Shown piece by piece: positions 13,484-26,089 of a stretch of DNA of 64,000 bases. Made by a program: the position numbers and the translations under genes. The DNA lies in the NCBI GenBank assembly GCA_051362555.1, contig CM120646.1:2976001-3040000 (forward strand), in the 5' to 3' direction. Positions within the stretch are counted from its first letter, which is position 1; each line of letters begins with the position of its first letter. The notes below the pieces were generated by a model. It did not search any database. It was not told the DNA's origin and worked only from the letters and a program-made list of their open reading frames with translations. The DNA comes from Lingula anatina (taxonomy: Eukaryota; Animalia; Brachiopoda).

Positions 13484-14941
13484 TTAGGTGGCAAATTGTT
13501 TGTGTTTTTCTAAAGAGGTCACTTTCCAGACGAAGTTCTGAAGCGTCCATGGTACTGGACCTCGCGTGGACTGAGCATTTTTATCAGCTTCTATGACCTT
13601 GGTCATTAAATTCTTCAACCCGCGCATGCGCAACAACACGCTACTATAGTCACTTATGTGGACACCTAGATACAGCGTGTCGGGATCCTCTAAAATAATA
13701 CCCACAGGGAAGAGGAACGGGTCTTGGATGTACCTTGCTCGAACAATGGGCACACTGAAGAGAATGTTGTGATGGACTAAGATGTCATTGCTGACGTACA
13801 CAATTCTGAATGGCTCCACGTGGAGCACTACCAGATGAGTTGTGTAGAAGCGCTTCCAGCTCGGCGCTTTGAAAAACGTCCCGTGGGCCACGCCCACGTA
13901 ATATTTCCCGCTATAATGTTCAAAAGGGGTGCCACCCCTTAGGTGTGATTTATTGTCTTTGAACTTGATGTTCTTCCCTGAGTCGTCTTTGTGAATAAAA
14001 GAGCACACCCCTTTAATGGTACAGCGAAGGATCCGCAGAGGGTCGAGATTGTGGACGAAGTGCAGCTGTCCGTGCAAGTTGAAGGCTGCCCAGTGTTTGT
14101 CACGCGGCATGCCATATTTGGTCGGTTGGACTCCGCCGTTTGTGATACGTGGTATAATAATTTCACTGTTGTCGAAGTCCCAAAACATAGTGTAATCTAT
14201 CACAGTTCTGTCTTTAAAGTACACGGCTGTGTTGAAAGTCACGAACAAGCGCTCCTTGCCGTCTTTTTCATACACCTTAAACATCCTCGGCTCTATGGGA
14301 CCATCGCCAAACCCAAAAGCCTTGGTTGTGGGTATCCCCAGGAGAGAACCGTTCGTGAGGGGCTTGAAATTTTCATCGAAGTTTTGCGTGTAGAAGTAAT
14401 TATCTGCAAAGAAGTTGTACGGTTTCTCTCTTTTCTCATATCTTTCTTCTTCCAGCCAAATGCGCAACACGGTCACCAGCTGGTCGTTATGCCAAGTAAT
14501 GGCAGGACTATTGGCGTAGAAGACGTTCTGGTGGACGGGATCCGGAAATATTTTCTTCACCTTATTCTCAACGAAAGGGGAAAATGAGTAAACGAGTGAG
14601 GTAGTTAGGGTTACTGCCACTTCGGCGATTTTTCCGCTACTGTTGAATATCCCACCGATTGCAGCGTAAGGGCGAATAAACTTATCCGGTGCAAGAATTC
14701 GATGCTTTTTCTTCCCCTTCGCTGGTTCCTGGGTCCGTGTTTTTTGCGGTTGTTTGTGAACGTCTTGTAAAGATCGTCCGACATTGGAATAGCTCTGCAT
14801 GTGGTTCTCGGAGAAACTGACTGGTCCCACATCGTCTTGCTTGAAAATTAAGTAAAAAGGACCGAAAATCCCGATGATAACGGTGAGGGTTATGGCCCAT
14901 CGTAGGTGGTTGGATTTCAGTCGTCGACGCGGAGTCAGCAT
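13484..14941 (-). CDS. Type II membrane beta-propeller glycosyltransferase-like protein (Bmt/GT91 beta-mannosyltransferase-like), paralogue 1
   Basis: 485-aa uninterrupted ORF: basic N-tail, one TM (WAITLTVIIGIFGPFYLIF), stem, then GDGPIEPR, RDKHWAAF, HLRGGTP, FLFPVGII and LGVHISD...MRGL. Strongly similar along its length to 24551-26089. Confidence 0.85.
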   Translation of the reverse strand: MLTPRRRLKSNHLRWAITLTVIIGIFGPFYLIFKQDDVGPVSFSENHMQSYSNVGRSLQDVHKQPQKTRTQEPAKGKKKHRILAPDKFIRPYAAIGGIFNSSGKIAEVAVTLTTSLVYSFSPFVENKVKKIFPDPVHQNVFYANSPAITWHNDQLVTVLRIWLEEERYEKREKPYNFFADNYFYTQNFDENFKPLTNGSLLGIPTTKAFGFGDGPIEPRMFKVYEKDGKERLFVTFNTAVYFKDRTVIDYTMFWDFDNSEIIIPRITNGGVQPTKYGMPRDKHWAAFNLHGQLHFVHNLDPLRILRCTIKGVCSFIHKDDSGKNIKFKDNKSHLRGGTPFEHYSGKYYVGVAHGTFFKAPSWKRFYTTHLVVLHVEPFRIVYVSNDILVHHNILFSVPIVRARYIQDPFLFPVGIILEDPDTLYLGVHISDYSSVLLRMRGLKNLMTKVIEADKNAQSTRGPVPWTLQNFVWKVTSLEKHKQFAT

Positions 14942-16852
14942 GGTTATTGTTTTGGCTGCTATTTCACAACACGTTTAAGTAATAAATTATAAACGTTTTA
15001 TAACACAATACTGTTCTCTCGTTTTTAATTCCTGTCTCAAGAACACTTGTGAATCTTACGTATTCGTCTTTTGCTTCAAAATATGAATTTTTCCACCGAT
15101 CACGTCAATGCAGTAGCTGCAGTCGTCGCATCTCCATAGCAAACGCTCATTAGGAACATGAATTCTGTTTGTTATTTTGCGTGAACGTCGGTCGCACGGT
15201 TTCTGTTGACATTCATGTAATGCGGCTTGCACTTTCATAAGACAGACAAGACGTCAACCAAGTATCCTAGCTTCTCACTGATAGCATGACAGCTCTGGAA
15301 TAAAGTAAGCAGCAATTATTAGCGCATATCACATATCACGTAATACGCTCGCTGGGATTTAATGAAAATTTACACGGCGAAAAGGTGCAAAAAATTCTAA
15401 AACAAAATCTAGCTGTAAAATTACATGAACATGAGACAGAAACATTGTCAAATTCCGTAATGAGTATTTTTTTTTATTTATAGATATAAAATGGAGTTGA
15501 CGTGATTTAAATTGTTTGCACAGTACAGTGTATATACATTTCACTTTTGGGATTTTAAAAACATAATCTAGGCGCTGAGAGTACAACATGAATACACACT
15601 CACAGAGGATGAAGCATTGCATTGAAAATTAATAACGGAACAGAGCGGCAATAAGTTTGACGGCTCATCGTGATAACACCGACGCCTTTTCCTGCTTTTG
15701 TCTTTGTGCATTTTGATATGAGCCAATAAAATGATGTCTTTTGATGACAGTTTAACAGACATGTTTTGCAATATCCTGCACAGGCGGAATTGATCATTTT
15801 AGTAAATTAATTTTCTTTGAATTTGACATCGGAGAAACCAAAGGTAAGGGCGGAGTGGAATGATGTGTATGCCACGAATTGTTTAATTAACGTGAGGATG
15901 AAACTAAAAAAAAAAAAGGGTGACGTAAAACGAAACAGAGGGGCCATTCCCACAGATACTTGGATCGATTTATCTCCATGGGGAGTCTCACTAAATTGCT
16001 GTCAACTTAACCGGCTTAAATATCTGTCACGCCTAATAAAGCTGTTAGGGTGGTAAGTATCTTTACCCCCTAGCTGATTATATCTTGGGTCCCTGATTCT
16101 TGTGAAGGGAGACAAGTTAGGAGTCATCCATTTTTATCACCACTTTCACAAATTTACAAACCGTACGTTGGGGGGGGGGGGGGGGAGGAGGGGCTAAATA
16201 CCCTCTCTAATAAAAATGATGATCCAAATTGCTGTCAAAGGTCATCATTTTTAGCTTTTTACCTTATACTCTCCGAAGGGGGTGGGTGTAAAAACTCTAC
16301 TGCTTGTAGATTTGAGAAAACGGATGACTTCTTTAAAAGGTGGTCCCGTGGCTAAGAGGGGTCATGAGACCCTCTACGTCCCCGACGGATGGCCATTGGT
16401 TTTCTTTAACTTATCAGTGACACTACATGTGTATTTTTGTATTCGTTCGTAATCACACGATAACAGTGATTTCTCTCTCTACACCTTACAATATTCTCTG
16501 GTCAAAGACTTATGTAATACTGGTCCTTGTAATAAGTTGTTGCTCTGTGTTCGCGCCATTAGCGTCAAATGGCAATTAAATGTCATCGGAAAGTATGCAA
16601 ATACATTAAATAAATTTACCCGTTCAATGCATTGGTGTACTTACATCCCATTACCAATAAGAAAGCGCATTATTTCTTGTATATGTGGCAAACATTTGCC
16701 CCTTTACCAAGCGTTTAACGGTTAATAGTTGCCTTGATATAGTTAGTTCTGATAAAATATAGGGCCTATTAGTAAATCCTGATAAAATATATTAGTTTTA
16801 AATTAGAAAATATGTTAATCAGCTTGGTAATTGAATCATAAACAATAATCAT

Positions 16853-16961
16853 TTAGCACAGGCTGGAATTTTTCCTCATCATGAGTTCTCAGCTAACTTG
16901 CTGGGAGACCCTCTTCAGACTGGTGTGATCTAACGGAGACAAAGAATTCTAGCTTATGCTA
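16853..16961. repeat. Short degenerate inverted-repeat element
   Basis: TTAGCACAGGCTGGAATT ... AATTCTAGCTTATGCTAA (15/18 complementary). Confidence 0.4.
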
Positions 16962-17671
16962 AATAATTGTCGGCTATGCGTCTAAAATTGCAGATATAAT
17001 AATTGTGAAAATATCCCCTTTTGTAATATCACGGCAATTACAAGATTGAAAAAACGTTTCCCATATTGAACTGTTAAAACGAGATCTTTTAAAGATATCA
17101 ATTATTTGCGTGTTGAATAATGAAGAAGCACTACTTTTTCGCAATGAAATCGATTATTCTAATGCTGCAGTGTATCATTTAACAACAGCTTATACGGATC
17201 ACGACACTTCCGTGTATGTGACATTTTCTTCTTTTGGAGGTTGGGGACAATTGATCGATCATTTCAATGTTGTCAAATAACGCCTATTTCACATTTTGTA
17301 GTATACTGTGCATGCGTGTACGGGATCTAGGCTACTCAACTGTGCTCTGCCACGTTTTCGTGAATGTCATTTGATTGAATATGTATAAATAATAATAATA
17401 AATAAATAGATAATTAAATAAATAATAAGATAACTAAATAGGATAATAAAAATAACACCAACAACACAACCGAGGGATTCAAGATATAAGAAAGTTTTCT
17501 GACAATGCTTGAATCACATAAAGATTCCGCACAAAACGAGTTTGATCAGCTTAGGTGACATGCATCCCCAACACCTACACTCCAGCCGTAACCAGGAAGA
17601 CATATCTACTCCTGTGCCGTCTTCAGTCCTCAGCCATCAGTTGTATAAGTCTGAAGGGCTGACTGTCAGGA

Positions 17672-17840
17672 CAGGTGTGACAGGAATGGAAGTCCGCAAA
17701 GAACCGTAGTCCTTTGCTCCTTGCTTTGTTACAGGTGACATTCGTCCAATATACTTACCCCAACGGTTAAACCTTAACATGTACTAATCATATTGGACCC
17801 CGGACTTTCATTCCTAGGACTACAATTCCTGTAACACCTG
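17672..17840 (+). mobile_element. MITE family C copy 1
   Basis: CAGGTGTGACAGGAATGG ... CAATTCCTGTAACACCTG TIRs; homologous to 21214-21396 (inverted) and 28505-28675. Confidence 0.7.
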
Positions 17841-17933
17841 ACTCTGAAGTTGTGTAATATCGCGCACTAGTTATTTACACTGAGGGAAGTATGGGGAAAA
17901 CGTTTCAAAATCAGTATTTAAATCCGTTTCTTA

Positions 17934-18360
17934 AACCTAGGTCACATTTGCCATACGATGCCCGTACGCATACATCTCTTTTCTTACGGAATCGTACGGA
18001 TTTACGGACAAGTCAATCTAAAACTTCTGTCAAATTTTGAAAATTGTAAACCCGTAGGCCCGCACAGTACGTGGCATCGCACAGTTACGGTACGGGTATT
18101 GTTTGGTGGACTTGTTGTAATCGTGGTAATGTTTGCACTGAGACTGAAAGGGCTTCGCTCGATCACTTTTCACAGACAAACAGATTTTCCCCCTACATAA
18201 CATAACCTCTCGCTCATATCAGCGAAATGTTATGGCACACGTATATAATATAAACGTGCTCGCCGGCGTAGCCCGTAGCTACTGACGATGTCATTAAAAT
18301 CGCACGGTAAATCATACACAATTTCATCGTACCGCGCCCCTGGCAAATGTAATCTAGGCT
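17934..18360. mobile_element. PIF/Harbinger-type MITE, family D
   Basis: TTA|AACCTAGGTCACATTTGCCA ... TGGCAAATGTAATCTAGGCT|TTA: 20-bp imperfect TIR with TTA TSD. Confidence 0.75.
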
Positions 18361-21213
18361 TTACCGGCACACGTCTTTTGCTACCAGCACGTTCGATGGG
18401 TTCGTACGACAAGCAGTATACACGGTGAGTCACTTACGTAGATACAGTTCATGGACGGTGAGCTGTGATCATGGTTTTCTGTGTTCCACTCAGCCCTGAC
18501 GTGACATCGATGTCACAGAGAACCCAGCCCAAACTGCTCTCTCTCTGTCCGGCAGAACATGGCTGTCTCTCTGTAAGGCGCTTTGACCCAGTAAACTGCC
18601 TGCCGTCACGGGGCTTTTCTCTCCTTTGACATTCTATACCTGGGTATTGAAGTGGTTTTTATATAATAGGGCAGGTACGTCACGCCTAACTCGCCAGGTA
18701 AATATAATATGAAGCAGGGGTATTGATCGGACTGTGTTGGAACAGCACATGGTAGTAGAGCTACAGTTTAGAAGGCGCGGTCACTTTCGGATTATCAATG
18801 TCGCTCCTAAATCGATCCATATGACACAAAGGTACGCCTCAATATAGATGTGCATGGAACTGTTAAAACTTTAGCACAGGTTATAATATTTAAAATATGT
18901 TGATTTATTAATTGGATATAAGTTAACATGCTAGAGACAGGAGTGACATGTTGTTAGGTAATAATAACAAGTACATGGTTTGTGTTGAGTTGGATATAGG
19001 TATGGATAAGCTGGGGATGATGTGAACGGGTCTTATTTGTGAATTGAATTATGCAATGGGAGTCGCGTGAAAGGGCGCAACCCGCCCTCGACACCAGCAG
19101 TATCACAGAGAGTGTTTACATACCGTGGAGTCCATAAAGCCATTTCAAAGCAGGGACTGATGAGTGCTCAGTGTAAAGACCGGGCGTCATATGTATACGT
19201 GACAGGCGGTAGTAATTCCAGTACATTACATGGTAGAACGTGAGTATTCGCACATCATTTTTTATATCTCTGGGCCTGGATACCGCTAATTATTTCACTC
19301 GTTGAATCGGTTTACGTGCATGCTTATTTGGTATAAACTACGCCAACAAATACATGCAGGTACATGGATGATACTCAAGGCCCCAGTTCCAATTTATTTC
19401 ATTATATTTTCATTATTCATTCATTATTCATTTTAAACATTTTGGGGGTGGAGTGTGTGCGGGCGTACCCTGTAGGGTGGGTGCTGAGGTGATGGGGGGG
19501 GGGTCCATCATTTACCAGCGCACTCGTGAGTACCCATTGATATTACAGCTAGCCCACGTGTGTTCATGAATATACTCACCTCTACTTGACGTTCGAATCC
19601 AGTACTCCACAAAACACGCAATATGACACAAGACCCTCTATTAACATGTCCCATCAACTGAAAACCAGTCTTCCCACAATTTCTCCCGGCGTGATCATTG
19701 TTTATACATGGCTAGGGCCTGCTTGAGTTCTGCCCTCGCCCTGCCCCTTGGTTGCGAGGATAATTTCAACTTTATCCCCAAGTGGGCGTGGCGTGGGGAT
19801 ACTGGAAGTGCTTGCGGGTTCGACGTAGATGTCTTTGTACACATACAGTGAGATTAGGCGTGACAGTGAACGCAAATAACTCAGGTAAGCCTCTATCTTG
19901 GATGTGGCATCCCAGTTTGCTTACTCAGATTATATGCCTTCTTGTCGGTGCAGAGGTTTTCCGAATGTCACTACAGGTAAAGGTAATGTGGATCTATTGT
20001 TCGCCAGAATACTAGTATAGCAAAACGCCAATTTTCTTTTCATGCTTCTCAAACCGGTAAGTAGGTCACGGAATAGAAGGGGAACAGTGGACTGTTAAGT
20101 TTTATTTACTCCACAGGTAAAAAGGTGTGCCACTTTTTAATTGCCCACACGTCTTAACTTGGTTTTCCTTATACTATCATGTCGATTTCATGGGGAAATA
20201 CTGACCTCAAAACACCAACAATTTTCTCGATTCGAAATAATGACAACGCAGCGTTTCGTTGCGATGACCACATTAGTTTCAAATGGGCATTTAATGTTCT
20301 AAATTCATGACTAGTCTTTTTTCTGTAATCATATTTAGAGAGATCAAGCATTCCTAAAGAGCACGGGGATGCGATTCGTGGCTACATAACACAGACATTA
20401 AACAACCAAGACTGGAATATTTAACGCTTTTTAGTGATACCCACTATCGCGTTAATGGATGATATTATGTGTATTTTATTCAGACAGCCAACTTCTTAGT
20501 TCTAACACCCCAACAGAGCAAGACGGCCGGTTGACAGACTGAGGGGTTGACGAAGGGTGACCGCCGGAGAGCAGGACTAATGGCTAACAGTTAACCTACG
20601 TGACAGCACAGTGAGCGGGTCAGTATAACTCTATGTAACAGGTCTAGTAGGAGCTAGAGAGCGAGCTAAGTGATGTGTACGAGTACTAGTGCTGAGCACG
20701 AGTGGGTGTCACGTATTGTATAACATACAGTTTAGGAGAATGCACTGCTACCATAGTCTCTGCTGACACTTACCTTGATGTTCTGGTAAATATTGCACGG
20801 AGTGACACTGCATCATCTCAAATATAGACCCCTCTCTTAGAACTGTCTTGGAAAGTCAATATATCCATTACCAAATATAAAATCAAGTTTTCAAAAATTA
20901 TCAAATTTATACCCTTATCACATTAGCTTTCCATGAATGAATATCAGTCTTAAATACCTTCGGATTAATTTATATGCATATTTTTATTGTCCTCATTTAG
21001 GGGCAAGTGAGTGCAAAAATTGCAGGAAATACAATGACGGAGAACGTAAAACAGACACATTATAATTAAAATATTGTTGCTGGGTAATTGTAAATGCTGT
21101 CAGGGTGTAAAGTGTGCCTGCAGCGGGGTGTAACTGACAGGTGTTGGATGGAGGGATGCGTCTGGATACCTTGCCTGAGGGATGCCGTTCTAGTCGGTGG
21201 TGCGGAAGTTCTA

Positions 21214-21396
21214 CCGGTGTGACAGGAATGGTAGTCCTAGACTGGAAGTCCGGGGTCGAATAAGATATACTAGAACAGGTTAGGGTTGGTCAGAGTATTG
21301 GGGTAAGTTTATGGGACGAATGTTACCTGTATCAAGACTTGAAGTAATGGGGAACGGACTATGGTTCTTAGGGGAGAACCATTCTTGTCACACCAG
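21214..21396 (-). mobile_element. MITE family C copy 2 (inverted relative to copy 1)
   Basis: GGTGTGACAGGAATGG ... CCATTCTTGTCACACC; the interior is a diverged reverse complement of 17672-17840. Confidence 0.7.
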
Positions 21397-22847
21397 GCGC
21401 AATTTTCTGTCCTGATGCAGATTTCTTTCTACCGCTGCTGTCATAGCCGAGAACTTCCGTCACTGTTGAGCAGTGGGGTCAGGCACGCTTTGGCTTCTGC
21501 CGCGTAGGCCTATATAGGACTGGAAAATCAGAAATAGAAGTTATGAGCAAGAGGAGTTAGTGAGTAGAAGAGAGTTAGTTTTGAAGAGAATAAATAGAAG
21601 TTAGTTAGTTGAATTAATTGTTACCGTTACCGTTTCAAAACTTTTAGAGGCTATATAGACTCCAGAACTTAGATTTGCAGCTGTAAGTAGAAAAACGAAT
21701 ACATAAAACTGAACAAAGGGTTGCCAGGGGACATCTTACGACTGATGTGGCAACACCTTTGTTAAATTTTATGCCTGAATATGTTTCGAGAAACAAAGAA
21801 CCACAATACTATATACATTTGTAAATAACAACAACAAATATTTAAATAAAAAGAGGGTTTTCGATTTTTATATAATAATATCTCTCCTCTAAGTTTAATC
21901 TGGTGTCGTTAGGGTTGTGTGAGTAACCCAATTTATCATTTGACGAAAAGGAATGAAGAAATGCAGGGCTGATATAATGAAAATATATATTATTTCTATA
22001 ATTCAAATAGTCCTCTTCCAACCAAGAAGAAATCTGTTTTATTTTTAGTTTCAGCATTTTAAAAATTCATTGTTATCATCAGCATGTCGATTTTAGCCCC
22101 ATTTTAGAAAATATAAAGTAACAACATCATCATCAAAGAAGTGACACATTTAAAGAGGATATATGTATATTAGCTTGCATAGTGTGTAACTGTAAATGTT
22201 GTTGGGCTGTAAAGTAGACATGATCGTCGTAGTTTGTTCACGCCGAGAGACCACACAACCAAATTTGAAGTTAGTGGCGTGCAAATAAATGAGCGCCCCC
22301 TTTACCGCGAGGGACGACTTGAATTCAAATGATTTAGAGGACATAATGGTGTGTTGTTTTACTTGGTATACCGCTAGAAATGTCTTGAATTCAAATTATC
22401 TAGAGGCCATAACGGTATTCTGTTTGGAATTGCATTTTCATTCATATCATATGAACAGTCTCATCAGCAGATAATGCTAGAGGCGATTTTGTTTGAATAA
22501 ACCTTGTTCGAAAAAATCTCCTCGAGGAAAGGGGATTTAGTGCATTGCTCAATATTATTATTATTATTATTATTATTTTAATTATTATTATTATTATTAA
22601 TATCATTATTGTTTTATCAGAAGCCCTTCCTCCCAAGGAGCGTGGGATGAAAGTGTTATCTCCATGTTTTTAATCTAACAAGAGATGCATGACGTAATTA
22701 TGGAAATACGTGTTTGAATCTAATTATTACCTCGTGCAGGTAAAATTGCCCAGTAGCTTGGAAAGAACTCGTTTATCAGTGGGAAATTAGTGATACCGGT
22801 AGATTGTATAGGAGGGTATTCCTGTCCTGACAAACGGTTAAGCAGTG

Positions 22848-22994
22848 CTACCCTCTACCAGGGTGGCAGATATTTATAGGCACATTTTCAAAAAGCTCGA
22901 GAATCAAATGGCCGTCTATTTATCTAAAGTCAGTGTCTTTGAAAATCTGTGAATATCTTGTGAAAAATTAAGCTGTCGCCCTGGTAGAGGGTAG
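22848..22994. mobile_element. Small TIR element
   Basis: CTACCCTCTACCAGGGTGGCAG ... CTGTCGCCCTGGTAGAGGGTAG (20/22 complementary). Confidence 0.6.
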
Positions 22995-23860
22995 GTTTTA
23001 GGAATAATTTCACTATATCTATATATAAGCGTTAAAATTGGATTCACTGGTCAGCCTCGGGGAAGTCGCCACAGTGTTTACAGTGAGATGACTGCCTAAG
23101 GACTACCGGTAGCTTACCCTATCACCCCCATCCCCACCCCACAACAGCGGTTTGAGCCTGCTGCTAGGATTATTTCAAGCAAATGAAAAAATATAAATCT
23201 GATTGGTAAGGTTAATGTATATTTATGACTATAGGACTATTTCCCATCGCATGACAAGCAGTTATTTTAATAGCACCCTACACGGAAGGCCGTGCATATT
23301 GAATGTTTTTCTATACCAACTTGACAGATAAATGACACTTTTGACTAGCTCGGTATAAACTGACTCATGTGACACTTTTGGCAATTAGTTATATTTACAG
23401 TGACACTGCATCTGTGCCACCTTTTACTTGTCTGTGTCAAAAATTAAGTAACGTAATGGATGTCCCTTATTTCTTATTTTAGTTAGATCTCTTTGGGTAA
23501 TACTAAGGCGAAGTGATACGCACTCATATAATAGGAAATGTATGATAGTGGACATCTAAACATCTAGACATCTTTAACATGATCGAATTCTATACATTTT
23601 ACACGACATTAAAACATTATGTTGGCATATTAATAAAGGCAATAATAAAGTCTCTATAGTGTGAGGGAAGGAACGATGGGACGATGGGAAAAAGAAGTTA
23701 GGTTTTGGGACCATTACGTGCTGCGATGCAGTAAAGATAGAGATCGAGTATCGTACAGATGCGTGGGTCAGATTTGAAGCAATCATGGCTGTGGATCATT
23801 ATCCTGTAGATAAAGTGTAGTACGGAAGCACTGGAAATCTGATTTTTTTTACGAAGAATA

Positions 23861-24120
23861 AGGGTTCGTTTCCAATGAACTATCGGTCTTACGAAGATCG
23901 ACCAAACTCCGCTGGGACTAGCTGAAAGCGATCAGTTTGGCAGATTTATACGCGTCTTGTTTCCAACGTAGTCGTTTAAACACCAGCTTCTCTACATTCT
24001 GTTCAACGCTGGGGGGGAGGGGGGGGGTCATTCAATTAGTCTGTTTGATTTCAGCAAGAGCCCCCCCGGAGTTGGATCAATTTACGTAAACCGATATTTT
24101 TATTGGGAATGAGTCCTAAG
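23861..24120. mobile_element. Old palindromic MITE-like repeat
   Basis: Degenerate inverted arms (GGGTTCGTTTCCAAT ... ATTGGGAATGAGTCC); related pieces near 15941-16035, 44680-44756 and 55720-55926. Confidence 0.45.
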
Positions 24121-24550
24121 ACGGCCATAGTAAGCTTAAAACAGTCTGTCGTACAGACGTTAATAGTGGATAATGGTTCTTCTTATCTTCGACAATATAC
24201 ATTTTTATTTGTGTATTAAAACTCTTAATGTCTACCATTAACCTTTTCTGTCTGCTATTATCCTCTTGTAACCTTTTTATCCGCGTGACGAAAATATTCT
24301 AAATGCTATGTACAGCGTCTCCTCGTTTTGGTGTATTTAATGCCTTTTAACTTTTTAAAATAAGTCTACATCTGGATGCGACGTAGTTATGAATTCTTAA
24401 ACTCGACACTTTTAGAGCCTGCAATCAATATCTTTAACATGTTGCCGATTGTCTGATGTACCCCGTATATAACACTAATGTCTGTTTTTCTTTTCTGGGG
24501 TAACTTTTGTAGGAAGCTGACGAACTTCAACCAACCGGATTGTCGACAAA

Positions 24551-26089
24551 ATGCTGCCATTTCGAATTCATCTGTCTGGGGGGCCCCTGGCTGCAAAGAG
24601 ATTTTTCAAGCGACACCACATCGGACGTCTCCTAATACAGTACCGCTGGGCATGTTTCGTATTTTCCTGCATATTACTGACGTCATTTTATATACGTATG
24701 ACGTCAGATTTCTCACACATTGAACGCATGCGCGGAGGACGGATTGGGAGGCAATCACGAGAGCTGAAAGTTTTGAACGAGAAGGGCGTTTATGAGAAAG
24801 GCTCCCACAGCCGCGGCGTGGCAAAAAACCCAAGGATTTTCGCAGGAGATAAGTTCATATTGAAATATACGTCTCATGGTGCGTTGTTTAACGAGTCAGG
24901 AATCATCGGGAGGTTGACGTCAAATTTGACGACGTCTTTGGTGCATTCGTTCTCCCCATACACAGAGAAGAAGGTGGCTAAAATATTTCCCGATCCACCG
25001 AAACAGAACGTTTACTACGCCAACAGCCCGGCAATCGCATGGCACAAAGGAGAATTGATAGTCATTATGCGAATTTGGCTGGAAGAGGAGAGGTATGAGA
25101 AACGCTCAGCGCCAAACAATTATTTCTTGGATAACTATTTTTACACGCAAAAATTTGATGCACACATGCGCCCTCTAACGTCGGGAAAGATCATGGGGAT
25201 TCCCACGCGGAAACTCAACGTCGGATCTCTCGGTGACGGACCCATTGAGCCGCGGCTCTTCAAGGTCAAGACCAAAAGCAAATATGGTGGCGACTCGCAG
25301 GCTTTAAACAAAGAAAACTACAAGTTGTTCTTTTCATTTAACACTGGGATAATTCTTAAAGGAGGGTACTGGATTGATTACACGCTGTTTTACGATTACG
25401 ACGACGACGAGCTCATTATTCCACAGATCTCAAATGGTGGGATAAAACCACAGTTGACCGGTTCTCCGCGAGACAAACATTGGTCAGCATTTAATTACAA
25501 TGACCAGCTTCACTTTGTCCACAGTTTAGACCCACTCCGAGTTATGAGATGCAATATAACTGGACACTGTGCTTTCATATACTCTGACGATGATCCCAAA
25601 AATATTAAGTTTGACGACAAAGCCACACATTTGCGAGGTGGCACACCCGTTGAACACTATAGTGGAAAATATTATATAACCATAGGTCATGGGACTTTTT
25701 TTAAGCATCCGAACTGGAAGCGTTTCTACACCTCGCATATTGTAGTCATACACGCGGATCCATTCCGAGTTGTATACGTCAGTGATGACGTAAGGATCCA
25801 TAAAGACTTGCTGTACGGAGTTCCTATTGTGAGGGAACAGTACATTGAAACCCCATTTATTTTCCCCGTGGGTCTTATTCTTGAAGATGATGACACTGCG
25901 TACATTGGTGTTCACATTTCGGATCACAGCAGTGTATTACTCCGCCTCCGTGGTCTGCGCATGCTCATGTCAAAGGTCATATCTATGGATAAGGCGTCTG
26001 GCTCAACGAAAGGACCAGTGCCAAAAACTTTACAAACGTTTGTGAGAGAAACTACGTCGAAGCAATATCACTTAAGATTTATTCATTGA
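24551..26089 (+). CDS. Type II membrane beta-propeller glycosyltransferase-like protein (Bmt/GT91 beta-mannosyltransferase-like), paralogue 2
   Basis: 512-aa uninterrupted ORF: TM WACFVFSCILLTSFYI, then ANSPAIAWH, GDGPIEPR, RDKHWSAF, HLRGGTP, FIFPVGLI and IGVHISD...LRGL. A splice acceptor (ttttgtag) at 24512 suggests a 5' UTR intron. Confidence 0.85.
   Translation: MLPFRIHLSGGPLAAKRFFKRHHIGRLLIQYRWACFVFSCILLTSFYIRMTSDFSHIERMRGGRIGRQSRELKVLNEKGVYEKGSHSRGVAKNPRIFAGDKFILKYTSHGALFNESGIIGRLTSNLTTSLVHSFSPYTEKKVAKIFPDPPKQNVYYANSPAIAWHKGELIVIMRIWLEEERYEKRSAPNNYFLDNYFYTQKFDAHMRPLTSGKIMGIPTRKLNVGSLGDGPIEPRLFKVKTKSKYGGDSQALNKENYKLFFSFNTGIILKGGYWIDYTLFYDYDDDELIIPQISNGGIKPQLTGSPRDKHWSAFNYNDQLHFVHSLDPLRVMRCNITGHCAFIYSDDDPKNIKFDDKATHLRGGTPVEHYSGKYYITIGHGTFFKHPNWKRFYTSHIVVIHADPFRVVYVSDDVRIHKDLLYGVPIVREQYIETPFIFPVGLILEDDDTAYIGVHISDHSSVLLRLRGLRMLMSKVISMDKASGSTKGPVPKTLQTFVRETTSKQYHLRFIH

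Noticed and set aside
13991-14587. 198-aa plus-strand ORF
   Set aside because: Antisense shadow of the 485-aa gene with no recognisable motifs.
25526-25927. 133-aa minus-strand ORF
   Set aside because: Antisense shadow of the 512-aa gene.
13484-26089. Microbial contamination or misassembly explaining the intronless genes
   Set aside because: Both are flanked by repeat families also found in host introns elsewhere in the window, have upstream splice acceptors and show eukaryotic type II topology; read-level confirmation is still advisable.
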